Virus record (IMG/VR): IMGVR_UViG_3300030060_004280
Coordinates: 32,001-96,000 of that record
DNA from: a virus
Reading direction: 5' to 3' (one strand)
Length of the DNA: 64,000 nucleotides
The notes beneath the pieces are model-generated. The model worked only from the letters and a program-made list of their open reading frames with translations. It was not told where the DNA came from and searched no databases. Below are positions 40,841 through 50,766 of this stretch, one piece after another (position 1 is the stretch's first letter; every line of letters starts with the position of its first letter). The translations under genes and the position numbers were made by a program.

Positions 40841-41992
40841 TCATTGTAGGTCGCGAATTGAACCGCTTGCACCAAAGAAACTACCCCATAGTTCACCCAT
40901 AGTTCGGTAAAGTCCTTCCTGTCCGAGCCTGTTAATCGCGAATGGGTCACCTGTTTCAATACCACTTTCAAAGTATTGTGTTGGAATTGCGGTTTGGAAC
41001 CACAAGTAGTCAGTATCAAGATAATAGATACGGGATAGAGAACTTGCACCTTCGTCCGGCATATCCTTTGTTGGGATAATTGGAACTCCGTTGTAAGTTG
41101 CTACAATAAATCCTGCTTCGATACCCGGAACACCCTTCACACCGGAATAGGTAGGGGTGATTCTCTTAGAATCCATGAATCTTTGTTGAGATTGCAACAG
41201 TTGTTGAGCGCGCATAAGCGTATCATATCCTGTTAGCATAACCTTTGGATTACCACCGCGAGTCCAAATCTGTTGGAATAGACCATCAAGTTGGTTTAGC
41301 GATAGGTTTCTCTTATTGTTTGCATCTGTTGATACATCAACTTCTGCGCTATGGAAATCTTTTGTTCCGTCGCGAGTAATAGAATACATATCGTGCTTAG
41401 TTAGCGAAGTAGTAATGTGGTTTGTTCCTGTTGTCATCTTGTCCGGGTCGGATGTGAGTCTGTCAAGTGACTCAAAGTTGTTACCGGCAGTTGTGTCAAC
41501 ATCAACAAGAAGCATCTTGTTAATCATTTCAGCGTGATGCTTACCCATTTCTTCTTTTAGAACCTGTCTAACATCGCCAAGTCCATCATCCTTATCGGAT
41601 AGGAACATGCTTACTTCGGATAGGTCGAAGGTGTGCGCGATAGTCTTAGGCTTAGCCGCTACATGCAGGAACTCCGGTCTTTTGGTTTCCGGTAGTGTTC
41701 CATTTTCTGCGATACCACCGCTAACGCCGGATTCAGCGCGCTCGGTGAGGATTCTCCATCCACTTCGCTCCCACGGTTTCTTAGGAAGAATTGAAAACGC
41801 GTTAAACTCTTGGTTTAACTGCGACCATACTTTACGGCCATAAACCGCTTGATATGTTCCTGCGGTTGTTGACATAAGTGGGCTGTCTGCCTTCAAAATG
41901 TCGCCGCTTGAGTAGGTGTAGCCTGTTTGAGCCGCACCACCGTAGTAGTATCTTTCCATGTCTTGAACTGTTCTTACATAATTTCGTGCCAT
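40841..41992 (-). CDS. major capsid protein (HK97 fold)
   Basis: 383 aa right after the protease. 'VWSQLNQE..LPKKPW..GWR', 'TYNGVPIIP', 'IYYLDTDYL', 'GSIRDL'. ATG at 41992. Confidence 0.9.
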   Translation of the reverse strand: MARNYVRTVQDMERYYYGGAAQTGYTYSSGDILKADSPLMSTTAGTYQAVYGRKVWSQLNQEFNAFSILPKKPWERSGWRILTERAESGVSGGIAENGTLPETKRPEFLHVAAKPKTIAHTFDLSEVSMFLSDKDDGLGDVRQVLKEEMGKHHAEMINKMLLVDVDTTAGNNFESLDRLTSDPDKMTTGTNHITTSLTKHDMYSITRDGTKDFHSAEVDVSTDANNKRNLSLNQLDGLFQQIWTRGGNPKVMLTGYDTLMRAQQLLQSQQRFMDSKRITPTYSGVKGVPGIEAGFIVATYNGVPIIPTKDMPDEGASSLSRIYYLDTDYLWFQTAIPTQYFESGIETGDPFAINRLGQEGLYRTMGELWGSFFGASGSIRDLQ

Positions 41993-41997
41993 ATTAT

Positions 41998-43410
41998 TCA
42001 CTCTCCCCTCAATGCTTTGTCGGCCATGCGGTGAACTTCGTCCCACGACATGTTTGCCATTTCCGTAGTATCGGGAATTGTAATTGATGTGGTTGAAGCA
42101 CTCTTAGTAAGAGTTTCTCCACCACCGGATGAAACGCGACTGATTCTTTCATCAAGCGCTACAACTGCTTTTTGCAATTCAAGAAGAGGTTTGCGGGAGT
42201 CAAAGTTTGCTCGCGCTTTCTCATTCTTTGCGATTCGCTGTTCTTTAGAAAGTCTGTCAGCGAAGTAGTCACCGAGAGAACCTTTGAATTGTTGCTCAAC
42301 GGATGCCGCCTTATAGACTTCGTAAGCCGCTTCAATGTCACTTTGAGAAACATTTTCGGGCATAATAAAATCGCTCTTAATTACATTCTTGTTACCGGAT
42401 GGTGCGCTACCAAAGTTTTGCTTTGGTCGCTTGCCGGAATCATCTTCGCCCGCACCTTCAAGAGAACCTTGTCCTCTATGGTCGTAGCCGGATTGTCCCG
42501 GTCCATATCCTTTATTCACGCTGTCGAAGTGTGCGCGAGCATCAGCAATGTCGTGTCCTTGACTCTTTGCTGTTTGCTCAAGCCAATTCAAATAGTCCAT
42601 TGTTATCATATCATCTGCTTTTGCTGTCATGTCATCACCATACATCATATCGTCGTCCTCATCATCCTCTTCATCCTCTTCTTCATCGTCAAGGTCAAGT
42701 TTAGGTTTGGACTCTTTCTTTTTGTCACCGAATGGGCCGGGGTCGCCGTCACCATCCGGGTCAAGTTGTGGAGGCATGCCTTTGTCAGCATCCTCGTCTT
42801 TCTTTTTCTTATCATCTTCTTCATCATCGAGTTTTTTCGATAGTCGTTCTAATACATTCTGTAATTCTGTCATAGGGTCGCTCATGGTATCACCTGTGTC
42901 CTCCTTGAGAATCCTAAATTGTGCTTCGGGGTTGATACCCTTCTCGCAAATAGTTACCTCATGGAGTTCCATACGACGGATTTCACGGTAATCACCGCGA
43001 GTAGCGTCGCTCTTGTTAACACGCTCAAAGGCTTGACCGCCTATTGAGAATGACCGAAGGTTGCCCTTGCGGATTTCGGATGCAACTTCGCGGGCTTTTT
43101 CAATATCGCCGCGTAGTTTAATCACAACAAACATGCCGGTATCATCCACTTCGGATTTCCATACACGGCCATTGCTATCTGTGTAAGAAGGTATTACCGT
43201 TCCTACTTGAATATTGGAGTGCGCAAGTTGAACATTGCGGAATCCATCTGCTTTCATAAATCCACTAAACGCATCTTTCAAAGCGCTACGGGTAATTAGG
43301 TCGCCTTGCTTGTCGACCATTTCAACCGATGCATAACCTGCAACTACCAAATCGTCACCGAACCCCTTGAGAACAAGAGGGTTAGATTGAGAAGGTGCAA
43401 GAATTGCCAT
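41998..43410 (-). CDS. prohead protease (XkdF/S78-like) fused to acidic scaffold
   Basis: 'VVAGYASVEMVDKQGDLI', 'LAHSN', 'LRSFSIGG', 'LHEVTIC..GINPEA'; D/E-rich and coiled C-terminal half. Confidence 0.9.
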   Translation of the reverse strand: MAILAPSQSNPLVLKGFGDDLVVAGYASVEMVDKQGDLITRSALKDAFSGFMKADGFRNVQLAHSNIQVGTVIPSYTDSNGRVWKSEVDDTGMFVVIKLRGDIEKAREVASEIRKGNLRSFSIGGQAFERVNKSDATRGDYREIRRMELHEVTICEKGINPEAQFRILKEDTGDTMSDPMTELQNVLERLSKKLDDEEDDKKKKDEDADKGMPPQLDPDGDGDPGPFGDKKKESKPKLDLDDEEEDEEDDEDDDMMYGDDMTAKADDMITMDYLNWLEQTAKSQGHDIADARAHFDSVNKGYGPGQSGYDHRGQGSLEGAGEDDSGKRPKQNFGSAPSGNKNVIKSDFIMPENVSQSDIEAAYEVYKAASVEQQFKGSLGDYFADRLSKEQRIAKNEKARANFDSRKPLLELQKAVVALDERISRVSSGGGETLTKSASTTSITIPDTTEMANMSWDEVHRMADKALRGE

Positions 43411-43437
43411 TGTCCCGCTTCATGCGCTACAACTATA

Positions 43438-46400
43438 TCAAACGCGCGGTTGTGTTATTGTGACATTTCCTTTGTAGTCTGTAACGCCTTCTTCACCCGC
43501 AGTAGTGCGAATAACCTTTGGTTTTTTATCGGTTGTAGCGCGCTTTTCTTTGTATTCTCTCGATGAAGGGTCAAAGTCCGGTAGCGTATCATCATTCATG
43601 TTGGTTGTTGGACCTCGCGGGGACTCAACATCAGCGCCCGCATAATCTATACCAAGACCTTCAACCCCTGTATGAGTAATTTTTTCTTTTGATACGCGCT
43701 CTAACATCAATTCAGCCATTTCAAGACCGCGTTTGATAACTTCTTCTTCTTTCGGTAACACTTTTTTGCGCTCTTTAGTGTGACCTGCCGGTGCTTCGGG
43801 GTCAACTTCTTTACTCTTGTAGCGCTTTGGAGTGTTGAAAGCCTTTTCCTTATCTTTTTTGAGAAGAATAGTTGCTATTGGAGTCCAATGAGGTCGCAAA
43901 TCTTCGGACAATTTAATGAAATATTCTTCTCCGTGACCCCATAGAGTGTTTTGAGGTTCAAGCATCCACCCACCTTCTTCTTCATTCACTTTGTAAATCA
44001 CTTCATCATCAAGTGATGGGAATAAAATATGAATAGCGCCTTTATTCAGTCTAACTTTATGAGGTATTTTTGAATCGCTACACATCATGCTTAGCGATTC
44101 AACACTATCTGCGGCTTGAGGGTGTGCATCTCGGTCAACTCTTGCCGAGCGTATAGTATATGTTGGGTTTTCATCACCTTTGGATGTTACACCTGTGCAA
44201 AATACAGTAATGTATTCGCCTTTATCATACCCTCTTGGACCCTTAGCAGTTCCAACATCCATGTAGTGTTCTCCGTTCAACTCCACCGAGCGCGCACCGT
44301 AGTGTTCGGGATGCATAATTGGACCAATACCAATTCTGTAATTCATACCTTTACGGTCAAGAATAATCACATCAATTTTCTTTTCTTTACTCAAAAGAAT
44401 CCACTTGGGGTGTCGTATCTCTCCCCTCATGTATGTAGCGGAGGCATCTCGTAGTAGTATATCGCATGGTGATTCTTCGCGCAATAAATGAACTGCTTCT
44501 TCTAACCCTTCATCATCTGTGCGCTTTGTGTTATATGGTTCGGGCATTTTGATAGTTTCTGTTGATTCAAAATGAGCGCGTAAATGTCTAACTCGGTCTT
44601 TAGCGGGCATATTGTGTGTCTTTTCATCTGCCGCTTCAAGAAGGTCGATGAAATACAATTTATCTCCATCCACGATAGCGTGAACTACAAAGTCTTTATC
44701 ATTCACTTTACCCATGTCCTCTTCACAACAATCTGCTAATTCGACCAATTTCATGTCTGCGTTGTATGCTTTTACGCGCTTTCCTTTCTTTTGTAATATG
44801 ACAGGTTCACCTTTTGGTATGTGTGACGCTATCCAATCACCACTAAAACCACGAAGATGTTTCAAATCGCTAAGGTCAAAGATTCTATGCATTGATTTCA
44901 TTGGAACAGGGCGACCGTCTTCTTTGAAAATTAGTGTATCGTCTGTAAGAGAGTCAAGCATTTCGCTATCCGAGAGTAGCAACTGTTGACCCGACCCCAT
45001 ACCCGAAAACACCGGAAGGTTGCTATTAACACTTTGGCCGGGTATGCCGGATGGTTGCATAGCGACAGGAGGAAATTGTGTGCCTTTATCTGCTGATACA
45101 TCATATGGCGGTAGCGCGGAATCAAAATCTCTAAGCCTGTAAGGGTCTAAAGACGCTCTCATTAACAAATCACCTTGATGAAAGTCGCCTTTGTCGTCAT
45201 GAATTATGAGTGCATTACTTCTTAGCGCGTGTGTTGCTATTCTATGTGATGGGCGAATAACATGGCCTAATTTTTTATTAGCGGCTGAACATGTATGAAC
45301 TGCGGGTAATTGCAACTCATTAACTCCCATACCTCCTGTTCCAACATGTCGCGAATTGGTGTTTATTTTTCCAATTTCATTATTGACACCTTTTACATCA
45401 CCTTTCAAACGCTGAATGAAAGTTTCCATTCTGTTAGTCAAATCATTAAATCCTTCATCACCTTTGGTTTTTGGTAAAGGTGCTGTCTTGCGAGCAACTG
45501 TATCAATACCATTAGCGCTACCTTTAGAGTGTTTTACTAACGCATGATAGACAGCGTTTAGCGCTTTAATTTCAGCATGCATTTTGTAAGGTTTTCCCAT
45601 TTTATTAGTTATTGCATCTCCACCACTCATTAACGGATTATCTTCATCAATTTCTGCATTATGATGGTGACCTCCGGTGACGCTTTTGTAACCATACACC
45701 CTGCCAACAAAATCACCATCGTCGGTGCTTCTCCCGCTACCTTGACCGAAACCAACTAAAGATTGCGGAGTCATTATCCTCATAAGGTTTTGACCTCCTG
45801 TTTCATTCTCTTCACCTTCTTCATTTTCTATCATTTGTTTAGCGCTATGCGGAATATACCGAGCATGTAGCACATCTGCAAAATCTTGGGATGTAGCGTC
45901 TTTAGGCAAGACGCGTCTTACTTCATCAAATATCTTCTTAACTAACTCGTTATTGTTCACTTTACCGGCTAACTCTAAAGGATAATGTGCTGAATCTAAT
46001 TCACCATTGACATACTTTTGCATCAAACCCATAACTGAATTATCTTCACCCATATCGACATTACGCTTTATGTCCCCCGCTTGGAAAAATTGCCTCATCA
46101 TTGGGGCTGTGGTGTCTTTGATTAAACCATCAATCTGCTGTTCAATAGCGCTGTCACTCATTCCCTTATCCTTAAAATGCTCCTGTAATATCTCCATCAC
46201 AGGTTTTCCTGTTTCGCGCGAACAGTTAACTTTGGCATTCTTAATCCAATTTTTTCTCTCTTTAGGGCTAAGTGTTCTCATCCATGTTTCACATAAATGT
46301 GCGAGCATTTTGGTATCAGCCCATGCTTGATTAGCATGTTTAGGAGTATGAGTTTGAAACAAATCGGGATTGGCCCACTTCAATAAAGGTTTCATGATTT

Positions 46401-49400
46401 GACTTGCCGCTACTGCTTGCTCATGCATTGTTTGCGCATCTTCAAAATACAATTTGCGCATTTCATGTTCTGTTATAGGAGGCAACTCGCCTATGTTATC
46501 AACAATATATTTTCCTTGCTCGGTTGCTAATTTTTCAAAGTTGGTAGCGCTGACTGTTGAACCATCTCTATGCGCTTGTCGCGCCGAGTCGCGGTATTTT
46601 TCTAAAGCCTCTTGATAGTGTGATAATGGATTGAGAGCAACAATGTATTGTTTTCCATCCCCATAATAACCTGTAAAATCGCTATCTTGTTTGATAGAGC
46701 GCTTCAATCTATTTCTCGATGCCGGTCCTAATTCGCTAAACATCGCGCCATTAGATTCTTGATGAAAACTATTCCCTTTATCGTCCGGCGCTGTTAACTC
46801 CTGCACTAATTCTGTGCGGTCGGTTATGTTATCTCTTAGTGGTGTTGGTAGTCGTAGTATCTTACCTTCGTCTTCATAGCGCTTCATAGCGCTCTCGTAT
46901 TCATCTTTGTCATAAATAGCAATCTTCGCATCAAAATCGCCACCAAGTAATTCGTTTTGATACAAACCTCCTGCATTATCACCCCTACCTAATGGGTCAC
47001 GATGCTTACTTGTATAGGTCGCTCCGGGTTTAAGTTGCTTTGTGTTATGCGTTTTATGGTCTTCTTCGCTGTAATTATCAATTCCATGATGTGCTTGAAA
47101 TAGTAAAGTGTGTAACATCAACATACGATTATATGCTTCATCTGCGCTTATCTCACTTGAGTGCAAATCCATTTTCTTTTTTCCAATTCTGCCTTTTTTT
47201 GGTGAATGGTCTTCAAGACCTCTCACATCTCGACCAAAAGTGGAGTCACCTACTCGCCTCAAAGTATTACCTTCTGTGTCTTTTTTAGCGCGACTTCTTG
47301 ACACTCCACCTATGTTATCCGATACAAGTCGCGCATGCCTCATTGCCATTATTGAATCCATAGGCGTGTTATGATTTTCTATACCGCGTAACCAATGATG
47401 TTTGAAATCAGCCGAAAAGTGATTTGGATTCCTTTCTGTTTCAAGAGCATTTGTATGACTTAAAAGTGGCGCTATAAAAGCGGAGTGACCTGCTGTTACA
47501 GGGGCGGATGCAGGAGTATATTCTAAATACTTATCAAGACCCATTTCCGGTATTTTATCGAGCATGTATTCCTCTTCACTAACCTCTTCTGCTTGACGCG
47601 CACTTACATTCCTTGAGTAACCTTCACGGTCTGCTTGAAATCCTTGCGGGAACTCGACTTCAACACCATTTCCTTCATTAAATCGCTCAAGCATTTTATC
47701 TTGCGCATCATCACTCATTCCTGCGTTATTCATAGCGCGTTCTAAATCCAACTTAATTCTTGCATGTGCAGGGTCGTCGGGGTCTGCTTGAAATCTTTCA
47801 TTATACTTCTTTTCGGATAATTTTTTACCCTTTGCTGATTGATATGTGTTCTTGACTGATGGTAATGTTGGCTCTCTTTCTTCTTCATCATCGACAAGTG
47901 GTTGTTCTCGATGAACAAATACAGACGGGAATGCACCATACACTAAATCATCCCAATGCGAAAACGCTTCACCCATAGCACCTTCAAAACCACCGATAGC
48001 GCGTTGCATATAGTATTGCGGAGTCCTTTCTAACTCCGGCTCTCCGTCTAACGGATTGAAAAAGAAGTTTTGATTCTTCAATTTGAAAAGATGCTTAACA
48101 TTTCGTAAAAAATCCATGTTGTCTGCGGTTGAACTGCTATCACCATGCATTTTAGCCAACTCGCTCATTACATCTTTTAGTTCATCTTCGGACAGTATAG
48201 CGTGATAGTTGGGCGTGTCTTCACCATCTCCAACTTTTTCTAACAAACCTTGACGGTTAAGAACTTCATTTTGCTCTTCGCGTGTGATACCCAACTCGTC
48301 GATGTATCGAATAACCTTCTCCGGTGTCATGTCGGAATTGGCTTTTCCTTGCATCAAAAGTTTCTTCTTTACATCTTTATTTTGCATCATTTCTATTTGA
48401 CCGCGCGTTCGACCTTTTTCACCCATAGGTAAAGAGTTGTGACCCGATGTTCCAATGTTACCCGAATAAGTAGCGTGAAGAGCATGAGCAAAGTTAGAGC
48501 AATGTCTTGATAGAAAACCTCTCGCATTATGACCTAATATTTGATTAATTGCCTTATCATCAAAGCGCGGATTGCTTCTGTTATAGTCTTCACCGTCAAC
48601 ATGCCCTGCACCGTCTAAGAACCATTCTGCAAACTTTATTTTATCTTCATAATCTATGAGGGGTATTCCAAAATAAAGAGGAAAGAAACCATCGCGCAAC
48701 TTAGAAGAATCTCTCGATTCGCTTTTGGCTTTGAGTTTCTTGGTAGCGCTTTCGGATATGAAACCAATATCATCATACAAGTTTTCCCATATGTAATCAT
48801 TAGGAACACCGCGTATTTCCCATATTTTATGATTAAGGAAATGGTGTTTTAGTGCAGTATTTTCTAAGATAAGGCGAGCGCGCTCTTCTGTCATATCTTT
48901 ATCGTCAGCATACTCTTGTATTTTTTTGGGCGGTATGGGTAGCGATGTATATATTTCTTTGAATTTATCGCGATACTTTTTGAAAGAATCAACAAATTGC
49001 TTATCGTAAGACGCTTCATTATCCGAATTGCTCCACTTACCCATGTTTTGAGTTTGCGCTAATCTGTGATTAACTCCCATATCTGTCATCGCTTTATCCA
49101 TGAGTTTGCGCGTAGGAACACCACCTTCACTTGTGTTGAATATTGCTTGAATGTATTGGGTTGTTATCGGAGTTGTTGAGTTTGCTGATGGAAAAGAAGA
49201 TGATGAGTGAAACCAATTCATGTGTCGAGTTGGATGGTCTTCGGAATCAAACTCGCTATCTTCACCCGGCATTGTTGGTAACTGCCAACTCAAAAAGCGT
49301 TGACATAATTCTCTCCTTCTTTGAGGATTAGGGTTATCACCATTTGGACCGCAATCATACCATTCATCAAAGTTGAACATTGGTATTGGTATTCTGTTGT

Positions 49401-49683
49401 GCGGTTTATCCCTACCTTCGTATTGAGTAGTTCTGTTAGAAATAATGTTGGCTTGCTCTCTCCGTGATAATGTTTTATCCGCGACTGTTGCAATTTTAGC
49501 CTTCGCTAAATATCTTTCAACATCATGAATAAATGACGGAACGCAATAGTTATGATTTTCTAAATTGTTAGCGCTAAATATTACATCTGCCGCTTCGTTA
49601 AGCGCAGGTAATCCCTCAAAATACGACTTTAGGAAAAGGTCTATTGTGCGCGAATGGTATTGTGTTGGGTTGTCTTTTGACAC
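43438..49683 (-). CDS. 2081-aa head-module protein with C-terminal degenerate ATP-dependent ligase-like domain
   Basis: 'WIASHIPKGEPVILQKKGKRVKAYN', 'LYFIDLL', 'ILLRDASATY..G..HPKWI' and an OB-like tail follow ligase motif order. Confidence 0.7.
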   Translation of the reverse strand: MSKDNPTQYHSRTIDLFLKSYFEGLPALNEAADVIFSANNLENHNYCVPSFIHDVERYLAKAKIATVADKTLSRREQANIISNRTTQYEGRDKPHNRIPIPMFNFDEWYDCGPNGDNPNPQRRRELCQRFLSWQLPTMPGEDSEFDSEDHPTRHMNWFHSSSSFPSANSTTPITTQYIQAIFNTSEGGVPTRKLMDKAMTDMGVNHRLAQTQNMGKWSNSDNEASYDKQFVDSFKKYRDKFKEIYTSLPIPPKKIQEYADDKDMTEERARLILENTALKHHFLNHKIWEIRGVPNDYIWENLYDDIGFISESATKKLKAKSESRDSSKLRDGFFPLYFGIPLIDYEDKIKFAEWFLDGAGHVDGEDYNRSNPRFDDKAINQILGHNARGFLSRHCSNFAHALHATYSGNIGTSGHNSLPMGEKGRTRGQIEMMQNKDVKKKLLMQGKANSDMTPEKVIRYIDELGITREEQNEVLNRQGLLEKVGDGEDTPNYHAILSEDELKDVMSELAKMHGDSSSTADNMDFLRNVKHLFKLKNQNFFFNPLDGEPELERTPQYYMQRAIGGFEGAMGEAFSHWDDLVYGAFPSVFVHREQPLVDDEEEREPTLPSVKNTYQSAKGKKLSEKKYNERFQADPDDPAHARIKLDLERAMNNAGMSDDAQDKMLERFNEGNGVEVEFPQGFQADREGYSRNVSARQAEEVSEEEYMLDKIPEMGLDKYLEYTPASAPVTAGHSAFIAPLLSHTNALETERNPNHFSADFKHHWLRGIENHNTPMDSIMAMRHARLVSDNIGGVSRSRAKKDTEGNTLRRVGDSTFGRDVRGLEDHSPKKGRIGKKKMDLHSSEISADEAYNRMLMLHTLLFQAHHGIDNYSEEDHKTHNTKQLKPGATYTSKHRDPLGRGDNAGGLYQNELLGGDFDAKIAIYDKDEYESAMKRYEDEGKILRLPTPLRDNITDRTELVQELTAPDDKGNSFHQESNGAMFSELGPASRNRLKRSIKQDSDFTGYYGDGKQYIVALNPLSHYQEALEKYRDSARQAHRDGSTVSATNFEKLATEQGKYIVDNIGELPPITEHEMRKLYFEDAQTMHEQAVAASQIMKPLLKWANPDLFQTHTPKHANQAWADTKMLAHLCETWMRTLSPKERKNWIKNAKVNCSRETGKPVMEILQEHFKDKGMSDSAIEQQIDGLIKDTTAPMMRQFFQAGDIKRNVDMGEDNSVMGLMQKYVNGELDSAHYPLELAGKVNNNELVKKIFDEVRRVLPKDATSQDFADVLHARYIPHSAKQMIENEEGEENETGGQNLMRIMTPQSLVGFGQGSGRSTDDGDFVGRVYGYKSVTGGHHHNAEIDEDNPLMSGGDAITNKMGKPYKMHAEIKALNAVYHALVKHSKGSANGIDTVARKTAPLPKTKGDEGFNDLTNRMETFIQRLKGDVKGVNNEIGKINTNSRHVGTGGMGVNELQLPAVHTCSAANKKLGHVIRPSHRIATHALRSNALIIHDDKGDFHQGDLLMRASLDPYRLRDFDSALPPYDVSADKGTQFPPVAMQPSGIPGQSVNSNLPVFSGMGSGQQLLLSDSEMLDSLTDDTLIFKEDGRPVPMKSMHRIFDLSDLKHLRGFSGDWIASHIPKGEPVILQKKGKRVKAYNADMKLVELADCCEEDMGKVNDKDFVVHAIVDGDKLYFIDLLEAADEKTHNMPAKDRVRHLRAHFESTETIKMPEPYNTKRTDDEGLEEAVHLLREESPCDILLRDASATYMRGEIRHPKWILLSKEKKIDVIILDRKGMNYRIGIGPIMHPEHYGARSVELNGEHYMDVGTAKGPRGYDKGEYITVFCTGVTSKGDENPTYTIRSARVDRDAHPQAADSVESLSMMCSDSKIPHKVRLNKGAIHILFPSLDDEVIYKVNEEEGGWMLEPQNTLWGHGEEYFIKLSEDLRPHWTPIATILLKKDKEKAFNTPKRYKSKEVDPEAPAGHTKERKKVLPKEEEVIKRGLEMAELMLERVSKEKITHTGVEGLGIDYAGADVESPRGPTTNMNDDTLPDFDPSSREYKEKRATTDKKPKVIRTTAGEEGVTDYKGNVTITQPRV

Positions 49684-49695
49684 ACAATCACCACC

Positions 49696-50037
49696 TCAAT
49701 AATAGTCTGTTGCGCCTGTAAATGCACTTGGAGGACTCTTATCCGGGTCACCACCCGCTACATTCTCATGTGCTGATAGCGCATCATCGTGAGATGAATG
49801 TTGCTTTTCGTCTAAATTAACTTCTTCTTTCTTTGGGTCTGTGCGCTTTACATCTTCAACTTCAATAGTTTGATTATTGGTATGATAATATCCCGGCTTT
49901 ACTTTCTCGACACCGCGAACACTCTCAAACCCTGTTGCGTTTTTAGACCCAAACTTGCCTTCAACGGCTTTTGCTTCTTTCAATAGCGCTTCTAAATCCG
50001 GTGCGTGTTGCCCTGCTTCGACTTTCATTGGTTTCAT
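49696..50037 (-). CDS. hypothetical head-module protein
   Basis: ATGA-coupled ORF with GGAGG upstream. Confidence 0.7.
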   Translation of the reverse strand: MKPMKVEAGQHAPDLEALLKEAKAVEGKFGSKNATGFESVRGVEKVKPGYYHTNNQTIEVEDVKRTDPKKEEVNLDEKQHSSHDDALSAHENVAGGDPDKSPPSAFTGATDYY

Positions 50038-50381
50038 GAGTCAACCCTCCTGCCTTCTGCTACTGCGGCTACATTAGCCATAGCGTGAATATCCTCCCAT
50101 GACATTGCATGCCAATCTTCATTTGAACTTGGCATATCTATACCCATACTTTCACTTATTTCCTTAGATGCTTTTGAAATAACTTCATCGCGCTCTCCGC
50201 GAAGTGGGTCACCCCACACATCTTCACTTGCAGGAGTAACTGCTTTTACAAATCCCGACTTGCGTAACATTGCTTGAGGATTAGATACTTGCTTTCGCAA
50301 CATACCTAATTCTGCATCCATCGCCTCCATCTTACCAATTAGCGCTTTCATAAGCACCATAGCGTCGGCTTCTTGGGACAA
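50034..50381 (-). CDS. putative accessory scaffolding protein
   Basis: N-terminal coiled coil. C-terminal 'MSWEDIHAMA' matches the protease-scaffold C-terminus 'MSWDEVHRMA'. Confidence 0.6.
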   Translation of the reverse strand: MSQEADAMVLMKALIGKMEAMDAELGMLRKQVSNPQAMLRKSGFVKAVTPASEDVWGDPLRGERDEVISKASKEISESMGIDMPSSNEDWHAMSWEDIHAMANVAAVAEGRRVDS

Positions 50382-50384
50382 GTA

Positions 50385-50738
50385 TCACACCTGCCCTTGC
50401 TTCTTGAAAACGCCACCGATTCTATCCGGTCCAATGTAACCCATAGGTCGGTCTTCTCCTTTAGCAATGACATTCTCTATACTGTTGAATTGCATTACAG
50501 GAACACCGCCCGCGTAGCGGTCGTTAATTCCTTCAATTTTGACTTCGGTTTGAGATTTGTAAATAGCGGTTACATCATCAGCAAGATAATCACTTGTTGT
50601 TTGTATGCTTCTTAGAAATTGTTCTGCTGAAACAAGGTCATTATTTGATAGCGCTATTTTGAACTCGGCCATCGCTGTTTCTAACTTGCGAACCATCGGG
50701 TCCATCTTATTCAGTAGGTCGCTCATAGGTAAGCCCAT
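50385..50738 (-). CDS. hypothetical helical head-module protein
   Basis: Follows the portal; true start probably 50738 or 50726. Confidence 0.65.
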   Translation of the reverse strand: MGLPMSDLLNKMDPMVRKLETAMAEFKIALSNNDLVSAEQFLRSIQTTSDYLADDVTAIYKSQTEVKIEGINDRYAGGVPVMQFNSIENVIAKGEDRPMGYIGPDRIGGVFKKQGQV

Positions 50739-50766
50739 ATCTGCCCGACTCTTGAAGGTATCGGCA

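Noticed and set aside
43438-49683. Functional replicative DNA ligase or virion RNA polymerase
   Set aside because: KxDG is missing and no DxDGD-type polymerase motif was found; kept only as a degenerate ligase-like domain.
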